A stretch of 64,000 bases of DNA from Nymphaea colorata. Its lineage: Eukaryota. The notes below the pieces were generated by a model. The model searched no databases, was not told the DNA's origin, and worked only from the letters and a program-made list of their open reading frames with translations. A program made the translations under genes and the position numbers. Within the stretch, counting starts at the first letter, position 1. Each line of letters opens with the position of its first letter. The stretch is from positions 42,842,001-42,906,000 of the forward strand of contig NC_045138.2 in NCBI RefSeq assembly GCF_008831285.2, given 5' to 3'. Below are positions 53,470 through 64,000 of the stretch, piece after piece.

Positions 53470-55054
53470 GTACCTCCACGGGCGAATATTTATTCCAACA
53501 GATTCCAGCATGATCAAGGAGCTGTTGCAACTCCATCATGATGCCTTAGATGCAGGCCACCCAGGGGTAGAAGGGACTTACCTACGGCTTAAACATCTAT
53601 TCACATGGCCAGGGATGAAAAAACAAACTCGCGACTATGTCCAAGCCTGTGATGTTTGTCAACGGCAGAAGTATGAAACACTTCAACCAGCTGGACTATG
53701 CAGCCCTTACCAATTCCAGCGCAAATCTGGGATGACATCTCTCTAGACTTCATAGAGGCCTTGCCCAAGTCAAGGGGGAAATCTGTCACACTTGTAGTAG
53801 TGGACAGACTTTCCAAATACAGGCACTTCATTCCCTTATCTCACCCTTACACTGCAAGGGATGTGGCGAAAGCTTTTCAAGAGATTGTGGGAAAATTATA
53901 CTGCATGCCAAGAACCATTACCAGTGATCGTGATCCATTGTTTTCAAGTCATTTTTTGGAAACACTACTTCTCATTGCAGGGCACCCAGTTATGTATGAG
54001 GACTGCCTATCACCCACGGACAGCAAACAGAGGTGATTAACAGAATATTGGAGACTTACTTGAGATGTTATGCAGAACGACAGCCCCATAACTGGACAGA
54101 GTTTTTGTCATGGGCCGAATTTGCATAAAACACTGTCACTCCCTCATCCTTGGGCATATCTCCTTTTGAGTTGGTCTATGACAGACCTCCGCCAAATTTA
54201 AAACGATTTCATCCTAGAGGAGAGCACGTAAGTGAAGTCGACAATCAACTAACCAGCAGAGATAAGGTTTTAGAAGTCATCAAGGGCCGCTTGGCTGTAG
54301 CCTAGAATAGAATGGCTCAGCAATATAACAAACATCACAGGGATATAGAATACAAGGTGGGAGATCGGGTCTACCTAAAGAAGTTTCCTGCAGGCAGGGT
54401 GGCAAGTCAGCAGGAGTTCATAAACTCTTGGCCAAGTATGACGGCCCATTCAAGGTGCTGAAAAGAACAGGAAAAGTTGCGTATAAACTAGCTCTGTCTG
54501 AAGGGTTTGGTATCCACCTAGTGTTTCATGTCTCTAGCCTAAAACCTAGTTAGTCACCTCCAACAGAATCTAATGACCCTGTTTCATTGCCTAGGGAAAC
54601 ACCACAACAGTTGCAGCTATTCCGAGTACTGCACAAGTATACCAGAAGGATCAACGGACAGCCAAGAGTGCACTGACACACTGAGTGGCAAGGCGAGAAT
54701 GCCCCCACTCCAAGTTGGGAGGATTCTTCCCATCTGCTGCAACGTTTTCTACACTTCACACCTTGAGGAGAAAGTGTTGCTTCAAGGAGGGGCCATTGTT
54801 AGTCGTAGGCATAGCAGACTTTCGGTTATACAGGGGAGTCCTTAGAATAGGTTCCGTAATAATGGGTTGGATCCCTTATGGACCCATAGTCGTTACTTAT
54901 ACATAGAATGTTACCCTAAGATTAGGGTTACTAAAAGTTTTAATGAGAATACCTCTCGTTGAGAGAGGCTTACTGGCCTAACAGGGGTTAGGAGGGTGCG
55001 TGAGTTTTATAGTGTGCTATCTTATTTATATCGCAGGAACCGTAACAGCTAACA
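53470..55054 (+). mobile_element. 3' half of a Ty3/gypsy chromovirus (Reina-like): integrase, chromodomain remnant, PPT and 3' LTR
   Basis: HHDALDAGHPG...CDVCQRQK zinc finger; WDDISLDFIEALP, VVVDRLSKY, SDRD core; YDGPFKV; PPT AAGGAGGGG 54784-54792; LTR TGTTAG...CTAACA 54797-55054; frameshifts and stops. Confidence 0.9.
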
Positions 55055-58000
55055 CGAACACACTACAAATAATCAAAGTCTAACTACAATTTCACTAAAC
55101 TTCACAAGAATGTCCTAAAAGACCAATGAAAACTATAGAATACTACACTCGAAGCGTAAACCTGAATAACCAAAATTTCATGAACAAAAATGCAAAACTA
55201 AGTTAGTATGCTGCTGACTACTAAAACAAACTATGACAGACTAGAACAACATAAAATACAACAGAAAAATCAAAATAAACACACATGGATCTCCAAAACA
55301 GCTGCCAAATTTTAAGAACTCACAACACTCTGCAGACCCTAAATTGGAAATCAAACTAAACTTTAATGGAATATAATAAAAACTCAACACCCCACAACTC
55401 CAATATCGAATAATCTTTGACAACACGTCCAAACAAACACCACAACAAGTTAATAACCAGCAACAGATGAGTAAAACATTAAGAACAGCAATCGGATTTT
55501 TCTGACAACTGGCAACACCTTAATAACCTATACACAGTGCTAAACCCTACTTTGACTTACACCAGATGAAATCAAGAAAGAATCAATTCAAAACTGTACC
55601 ACATTCAACAAAAAAATGATAAAACAGACCATATATTTGGACCAAAATGTGAAGATATAAAAAAATTAAGCTAGAATGTTACTGGTGCCCATCTAGAACT
55701 CTGCTATAACCCAATTAATAACATAACACTTGCTGAAACATGTTGCAATCAGACTCAAGAACCCAAAAACCATCAGAAGACTCCAAGGACTGGCCGGTTC
55801 CTTAACCATGCCGGCAACACCTAATTTACAGTAAGCAACACAAAATCACAACCAAATTCAATGCAAACACACAAAAATAAATTAAACTCACCAAAACACA
55901 ACTGTAAAATACTTCAAAACCTGACCTTGAGATCTCCAAGGCACTCATATATCCACGACTATGGCCAAACAATCACTAGAAATAAGCAAATAACCAATGG
56001 TTAGCAAAAGCACCAAAACCAGTCTCCATATGGGCCATTGTCTACTAGGCCTTAAACTAGAAACAAAACCTAATAAAAATATAATATGTTACTGGAAACA
56101 AAAATCACGTTGGAAATAAGAAACAAATCAACAAACAGAACAAGAAGGAAATCCTAAATTAATGTTCTAAAATAACAGTGGAGCAAGAAGGCTTACCAAT
56201 TTGGACGCTTAACGAGTATAGATGCAAAAAGCGCAGACCATGGCTTCAGAAAAGTTTTTACACATTCTCCATGGCTCCCTATAGGTCCACAATGTCCACC
56301 AAGCTTTGAGGTGGATTGGTGGTGAGAAAAGTGCAGAGAAGACCGAAGAGGAGGAAATGCAGCTGATAGTTGCAAGAAGGCTGGCTGAGCTTTGTGGATG
56401 CTTGACTTCTCAAGTACGAAGCATGCCCCTGTCATGCATAAAACTGCAAAACCAGTAACAATCCCTGAAGAATAGAGACAAGTAGAATAAAATAAATATA
56501 ATATAGAGATGTGAAGATGGAAGCAGTAGGGAAGGATAACATCTTGATCAGATATAACAAAAAGATTTTGCAGATGCAAGAAACACTAAGAGAAACCTTT
56601 CTCCAACCATGGACAAGGTTCTCCCTTGGAGGCCACATCCTTTTGAGTGAGAACCAGAAAGAAACCATTTTCAAATTTCATAAATACCTCAATTTTACCT
56701 AGAATATGCCCCAAAATTGAAAATTGTCCAGAATTGTGTCTAGCACAGGATGTCCACACATTGAGTCAATTTCTAAATTCCAAAGCATAAAGATAGATGG
56801 ATTTGAGTCTTGGAGTAGTTAAGATGGTCTTATTGGTCAAGATCCAATTATACCTAGCCCCGATCAAGCCTGCTCTCTTCTGAAATATGTACTTGCCTAG
56901 AATTTGCCGAAAAAGTGAAAATTGTCCATAATTGCGTCTCTAACATAGCTCTAACTTCATTTCAATTCAATTTTCACTCACATTCAAACCTTAACTTCTC
57001 GAGTCCTACAACCACAAAAAACATGGGCTTCAAACCTAAAAACACAAATAAATGGCAAATCATCTATTGCCATACAAAGACCTCGAGTTGCCTGTTTGAA
57101 GCAAATCCATAAGTACAACTTGCATTTTTCTCTCTATCTTCATGCTCTTCTTCTCCCTGCATCTTCTCTTCTTTCTGCTCCTTCATGCTGCTACTACATT
57201 GCTTTTTTGGAGAAAACTTCACTCATTCGGTTGAGAATGCAATATTATACATACAAGTATTAATTGTATATGTACGTAAAAGTATACATAGTTTTCAAGT
57301 GACAAGTCTAGAACAACTGACAAGCTCTTGTTACACAGCAGATGAAATATAAGTAGAGTTTCGTATTGAAGAACATGTTGGCCCACACATGCACTCTTAT
57401 TATATGAAGTAGCTGGCTTTCCTATGCAGTGGACAAGGAATGGACAGTTTCAGTTTTCAAATTTCATGTCCAACAATTGAGACCATAGTCACAAATATCA
57501 GCATTTTCATTTAGTTTCATAAGAATAGTGTTTTTTCAGCAAAACTGTGATATTTGCAAACGTTTTGCATTTATATCATGATTTCTCTAACAAGATAACA
57601 TACTAATATAACCTCAATGCATGTAGTGTGTGGGTGCAGAAGAAAAGGTACTTTTCATGGATGTCCTCTGGACGGGATTATTCTTCAGTGTGTATTTCAA
57701 CTTTGAAAATTCATGCAAAGTATTAAGAGCATCAAACATTTGCTGGACTTTGAATTTATTTATGTGCATCGCAAATTTTCATAACATATCCTTCTGAAAT
57801 TACCTGAAATTTCCCCCCCCCCCGCCTAGCAAGCCATAGATATGATATTCGAATGTGATCAGCATGGTTTATTAGTAGGCAAATTAAACTACAGTGTTAT
57901 GTTTCATAAATATGGATCTAGGAAACAAACCCTTGACATTGCATGAATTTTACAATCAAGGGCCTTCTTTTAAAGTAGTCTGAAAACATGCTCTCTACTA

Positions 58001-58960
58001 GTTTCACGAAGGCATGCAGATTCAAACTACACAAGACCATCTTTAAGGTTGTAAAGTAGACGCATATAGTCACCATCCACACATAAGGTGCTGGATAAAA
58101 GTTCTGGAACACTTCCTTGATGTTAAACATAACTTTTGACCCAATAGCATTTGCAAAGTTGAAACTTGAAAGAAACAAAAAAACGACTGCTTCAACTTCC
58201 AAACTATTGGACATGCTTATGACAATTTTTAAGTTCCACTCCACCAACAGTAGACAGCAAAAATGAAACAACTATGCTCACCTTTGCATAAATCAAAAGT
58301 AGTTAGAGTTGTTAAACCATAGCAGCAAAAATTTCAAGTTTCAATAATCATAAAGAAGCGATTAAATGTATCTAAATATGGCTTCAACTTGAATGTCTTG
58401 TCATCATGGACCAAATGCTGCGTTCAAATCCTACACCATAATAATTGTGTAATCAAGGTGGAACCTAAGTCGGAGACTCTTTAACACTAATTGATCAGAA
58501 AACCTAAGACATTTCAGAAGTTATACAGGAAGTCTAGCACCCTTTGACCATTTTTTAAGCATGTTTTATCCACTTTTGTCCAATATCAATTAATCAACTT
58601 ATTATGTCCTTCACAAGGATAACATGTATCTTGGCTTTTAACATGTGTGCCACATCATACAAAAGAAAGCACAAAATGCAATCTTATAGAGACAGAAAAG
58701 TAGATGGTTCAACAAACTACTAAAATATGGCAAACAAAATTTTCATGCTACTTTAGGCATGCATATTTCCACAAGAATCATTCCATCTATAACAGCCAGA
58801 CATCTGAACCTTCTGCTTGAAAGACAAAAACGGGAAACAGAAAGTACAGAAAAGACAACAGCTGTATCCTGAACTTCATGACCATATAGTTCTGTTTTCC
58901 TCTTTACATGGCCAGCTGGCAAAATGCAGGCCTACTGGTCTCATGCAGCCGGACTCTTGA

Positions 58961-60076
58961 CTATGCTGAAAAACCTTCCTTTAGCAGTTCAATTGCTCTG
59001 AATATCTTTCGTCGAGGCCCAACAGCATTGATTCCCATTTCTTTAAGGTCATCAAACGTTAGAAGTGGTAATACTTCCTTGTCAACCTCATGAATTTTAA
59101 ATATGTATGCAAATTTACTGAACCCCATTTCTTCCAGCCACCGTGTAACACTATCCAAAACAAAGCCACTAATTCTTGAAGTGAAAGGCATGATCTTTTC
59201 AACAGACCCAGTTCTCTGTTCCCACAAGCTCCCACCCGCATTATTTTTCAGCCTAGTCGTCCCATCATATGGCAGTCCCATACAGTTTGCAACATGAGGT
59301 ATTTCATCGTCATTGTCCTTACAATTGTCGTTGTTGTAATCTGCTACATCCATTTGTGCTTGTCCATCAGACAGAGGATCAATCCACTCGTCTTCAATTT
59401 GAGGGCTCAGTGATTGATCGAAGTTGACAACAACAGAATCGGGAGACAGATCCTTGGGAGCGCTAGTCAGATCATTTGCATATTGGGGGCTTGATGAAGT
59501 TTCAAAATCAGAACCTTTAAGTTGGTCATATCCATTACAAGTATTGGCCGCAGAATGGACTTCGAAACCAGCTTTTCCCTGACATTTTCCAGTTTCACTA
59601 GTAGTATTAACATTAATCAGCACACTATTCCAAACCCGGTCACCAAACCCACCTCCGTATCCTCCACGACGGATATTAGCATGCCTAACCTTCTTCACAC
59701 TTGGCCCCAGTCCGAAACTCCGCCTCCGCTCACCTTGACTTGCATGATTGCATCCTTAGCTGCTGCAGTTCCTTTGTCAAAACCATTCCTTCGTTGTTCC
59801 ACAATTGCAGCATCAACCTCAGCGTCTCCGCACGCACATTAAGCTTCTCCGATTCAAAGAAGATAGGTTTCGCGATTTAGCAACTTCTCTTGAGAAACCA
59901 AACGGCGGGTGCCTCACCAGGTCCTTCAAGGTCCCGGGCTTGGCCTTCAGTCTTTTCTCCTCCCAATTCTCAATAGGCCTTTGAGATGTGCCACACAACA
60001 CAGCAGCAGAGACATCTCCGATTTCGCCTAACCGAACGTTCGGCCGATGCTGACGCTTCTGGTTCATCCCGTCCAT
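58961..60076 (-). pseudogene. Sterile alpha motif (SAM) domain protein gene with a disrupted frame (or an assembly indel pair)
   Basis: N-terminal KRQHRPNVRLGEIGD motif and C-terminal SAM domain WLEEMGFSKFAYIFKIHEVDKEVLPLLTFDDLKEMGINAVGPRRK, typical of a plant SAM family. Both ORFs share one frame (372 codons) with four stops between 59756 and 59821. Plausible 5' UTR intron 60164-60587 (GTAAG...TTTCACAG). Confidence 0.8.
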
Positions 60077-61719
60077 CAGGAAAATATATCCTTACAGATT
60101 CCAGATTTCGTCCTTCAGGAATTGATCGTCATCCTCAAACCAAGTGTCTTTTATCCATGAAATCTGTGAAAGAAGCATCCAACAAAGAATTCATTGTTTC
60201 CCACTTATTTTCGACCTTGAACCACGGTAGAACATGAAAATGAAAGGCATTCCTTCACGCAAGTGGTTTAATTTCGAAAAAAGAAAACCTGAATTTCCAA
60301 GAAGAAAAAGAAACACATGTGACATGTCCAATTATTGTTCGCAAAAAGAGCATACGAAAGGGAAAACCTATTGCAGGAGGTATAAGGAAAAGGTTTACCT
60401 CAAACAGATAAGCTTCTAACCTAACGGGCATTCTTGTTCTTTCGCAAGCCTTCTATCATTTTAGTGCAAACAGGGGACCATTTAGTTTCATCCCACTGAA
60501 AATATTCTTTCAGGATAAAGAAACAGATGCAGACTTCGAGGCAATGCTACTCAGTAACAGAAGCACGTTATCGATCGACCGTCTTACCCTCAGCACACTA
60601 ATCCCTCTTCCAGGTTCACTCACGAACGAGCGAGAAAAAACCATCTCTTCCCCCTTTTCTAATTTATCATTTTCAAGATACTTGTGACGGCATTTACCGT
60701 CCGGTCCAAATCGTTTCGTGAAGACTCTGGAAACATGAGAAATCGGAATCGTTCCTGAATCAAACTAATTAAAAATAGTTAAAAACTGTAAATACTTTGG
60801 ACGATGATTATAATAATAATAATAATTATCTACAACAATCAAAATAAACACTTAACAATAATAGTGCCTTAATGACAATGTCTTAATAAACGAATACAAA
60901 ATATTATGAATATTATTCTCCTAAATTCTTGATTAAAATTTTTACTCTCTTCTAGTAAGATTTTTATTTTTGTTTTGCCATGGCATGGAAACGTGTTTAG
61001 TTGGAGAGCACCCCTTATGAAGGATGCGGTTTTTGCACATTGGCCACAGGAACGTTGGTAACATAATGGCCTGCTCTAATTCCATAAACACTCATTGGAA
61101 AGTGTAACAGAAACTGAACTTAAAGATAGAAACAACTGATTTAGCTTGAGTCAGGAGACTTTTGTCCGGTTTAAAACCAAAAAAAAAAAAAATCAACGCC
61201 GACTTTTTAATGCTTTTGAGTAGATTCATGCGTTGATTAAAAAAGGAGTTATTCAATTCCAATATACGGATTGATCAGGCCGGTTAAACCCGACGACACT
61301 AGTTATTAGTTAAGTTGTTATGCTTTGGAATTTCATTAAAACTGGTGCATTTTTTCTCTCCATTGGCCGGCTTCAATAATATAATTTACTTTCATTACAA
61401 TCATAATTAGTTTTACTCAAAGTGTTTAGCATAAATTAAGAAACGATGGTAAAAGATGCCTATTTAATAGTTGTGAGTGAATCTGTTTAGGAAAAAAAAA
61501 TGAAAACTATGAATTGGTTGGAGATAAGTTGTAACTTGTCCACCAATATGGAATTTCATGGGGTACGTTGTGGTTGTCTTCAAGTGCTACAAGCAGGTCC
61601 AGTAACCCTGCTAAGTTAGGGCCACCCTGCCCATTAAAGCCCGAGCCACGTCCGGCCAAACCATTGAAAATGGACAAAAGTCCACCGTCCACGCCGTTCC
61701 AATTTTATCGGACGTCTCG

Positions 61720-62437
61720 AGCTGGTGGAGCGAACCCACCCACCTTTACCGGTGAATGTATGCTTCGCTTAATTTTGTAGTTGTGGCACCTGGTCTGGTT
61801 GGGCTTGTGGCGGATCTGGTGTTTTCCGCTTTCCATCATAAGCGAGCAAACAAGGCTTGGTTTAAAAGCTTCGTTCCTGTTTTCGTTGCCAACTTTCCAT
61901 ACTCACGAACTTTTCAAACCCTTACAGGTTCATATTCTCATTTGTATCTAATAAGTCTGGCCCTAATTAAGTTGCTGCGTATATTCGCCTCGGTATCGAG
62001 TCTAAGTGGAAGAGCCAACTAAGATGGTAAACCTGATAGGCCTTCAGTGTTCCTAATCCGAATATAGTCCTAAACGTTCTATAGGGGATTAATGGAGACT
62101 AACTATGGATCAACCAATCCCACCGGTGCCGAGAGAGGTCGTTAAGAAACTGCAGCAAGGTCGGCCAGCAAGGGTTGCCGAAATGTCGTTAGAGTGCATA
62201 TTACAAATTGAGAGGAAGAGTACATATCTGGAAGCAAGAGGAATCTTGGAGAGAACATGTATTACTTCAATAAGTGTGGGTTGGAAGAGAACTTCCAAAG
62301 CGTCGCCAGATCTCGGTGATCAGGACCTGCGCGACCATGGAGTAGCATGGCAAGGTGATAAAGAGGCTTTTGGGGCAAGCGCAAATTAACTTGTATTACG
62401 CTCCCCCCCCCCCACAAAAAAAAAAAAAAAAAAAAAA
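61720..62437 (+). mobile_element. Possible decayed L1 LINE 3' end (RNase H-like remnant + poly(A))
   Basis: WWSEP...MYASLNF and, in a shifted frame, GGSGVFR resemble the plant L1 RNase H start (WxxP...KLNxDG...GGVFR); ends in a C run then A22 at 62416-62437. Weak. Confidence 0.35.
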
Positions 62438-63349
62438 GGAAAGAAATTCTACACAAATGCTTAAGCACAGATAAAACACACTAATTATGTGGTTTTAGAT
62501 ACGACTTCAGAAATAAGATATCCACGTTGCAATATGAACTGAAACCACAAGCCAAATAATAAATTTAACCAACCAAAGTATTGAATGTCAGATCCAGCTC
62601 AGGGAATAGATGCTAACAAGAGAAATATTCATAGGAATTTAACTTTTATTGCTAACTTAAACAAGGTTCGAACAAGTACGACTGATAAAACAACAGTTTG
62701 ACACACAAAAACTCAAATGCCTAACCACGCTTCAGGGAACAGCAACTCGAATATAAACACAAGGGATGATTAATATTGGGCCAAAATGGAATCCTGATAT
62801 TAAAATCAACAATGCAAAGACAAAAGTTAGAAACTGAAAACCAAATCTTAAAAATGAGAGGCTTCAGCTTAACACACCTCAACTCGAACTGAATGAACCC
62901 CAAATGACATGAGAATTTACCACAACATAGACAGGACACCAAAATATGAACGACAACAATAGGAGCACAATACTAGAACAAAAGAAACCAACAAATCCCA
63001 GCAAGACCGATAAGGGTTCAAGGATGTTTACTAATAGCTTAGAGATCCTTAAAAATATTAATATGTGAAGTATGACTTGAAAGGACACCTACATGGACAA
63101 CCTATCACATAGTGGGTCATGCCTTGATGGGTCTAGGACACAAAAGCAATTGGGAAAAATGCAGGAAATTGAATAAAATGCAAACTCTATGAAAAGGCAA
63201 TGCCTTGCTCTATATGGACAATATGACTTGAGTTGAGCAAAACTCTCATTTTGACTAGACAAAAGTGTTAGAACTGAATGTTTCCAAATACAACATATGT
63301 TCATGTTGAATCATTGAATTACAATACAAGTCGCCACGGAATCATACTT

Positions 63350-64000
63350 AAAACCATCTCGATGCAAACAAGCTAGAATCTGGCTTACTTAGTATGTGGT
63401 TTTTCTCTAATGAAAAAAAAGGACCCTGAAAAATTCTTTTTTCTCTACATATGATCTAGGGGACTACTATCTTTTATATTAAGACTAATTTCACATTCAG
63501 CCAATAATAAAATCTAAAATTAAATATAGGTATGTACAAATGTAAAAATTATCATACACCATATGAAACAACAAAATCTCAAACTTAACAAATCACTTGA
63601 TGGATATTTCCCCTAAGATAACACATAATGTGTGAAATGACTATAACATATACAAGCCCACATATTAATGAATCTAACAATCTCCCACTTTAGGCAAATA
63701 TGTTATTATGCAATCTTACATTATAAGAAAACTGTATGAGCTCTAATTGCTACCTTATTATATGTCATTTCTACAAAATCTTGCCCACGATCATATTAAC
63801 ATAGAACCAAAGTGGTTTCACTACATTTAGAATAGCTAGACCCATCAATCATGTATAGATGTGTAACTTGAGAATTATATGCATTGTGATCATAACATGT
63901 CTATTCTCAACTGGTCATGTTATAATTCCTTATGGAGATCAAAGATGCACATAAATATAAAGTGAAGCCAAAGAACTTTAAACTTTATTCTACAGAAACT
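63350..64000 (-). mobile_element. Probable copia-type 3' end: internal 3' UTR, PPT and start of the 3' LTR
   Basis: Minus strand AAGTGGGAGA (63681-63690) followed by T-TGTTAG (LTR start 63679), a typical copia PPT/LTR junction. Continues past the window; LTR end not located. Confidence 0.5.

Noticed and set aside
12180..55054. The 5' LTR+PBS at 12.2 kb and the integrase+3' LTR at 53.5-55.1 kb as two halves of one element
   Set aside because: Same strand and shared motifs, but the LTRs are too different by eye to be a pair and no TSD links them; more likely related families.
55055..57200. Minus-strand exon-like segments and ORF 56193-56579 as a host gene (similar texture at 6430-7900)
   Set aside because: No recognisable protein motif; probably non-coding repeat-derived sequence.

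Overview
Repeat-rich flowering-plant nuclear DNA (spliceosomal GT-AG introns, tRNA-iMet-primed LTR elements); the species cannot be identified from the sequence alone. Transposable elements: two full-length but mutated Ty1/copia elements with LTRs, PBS, PPT and target-site duplications (1395-6421 +, 27360-32378 -); a decayed chromovirus-type Ty3/gypsy pol split by a ~5.7-kb probable solo LTR (16770-24600); further LTR, gypsy and copia fragments; a non-autonomous hAT element and MITEs. Host-gene material: a compact same-strand mosaic of intron-containing fragments (ALA2-like P4-ATPase exons beside a spinster-like MFS exon, ~9.9-11.3 kb) and a SAM-domain gene with a locally broken reading frame (58961-60076 -). 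The most striking structure is a 12.6-kb endogenous pararetrovirus (Caulimoviridae) locus at 35590-48228, bracketed by TA/CA microsatellites. Copy 1 is an almost exactly unit-length, circularly permuted genome. It is joined tail-to-tail to an inverted, diverged copy 2 that ends at the tRNA-Met primer site. The virus has an unrecognised ~370-codon region before the movement protein and another unrecognised coding region after RNase H. All family assignments come from motif recognition by eye, not database searches.
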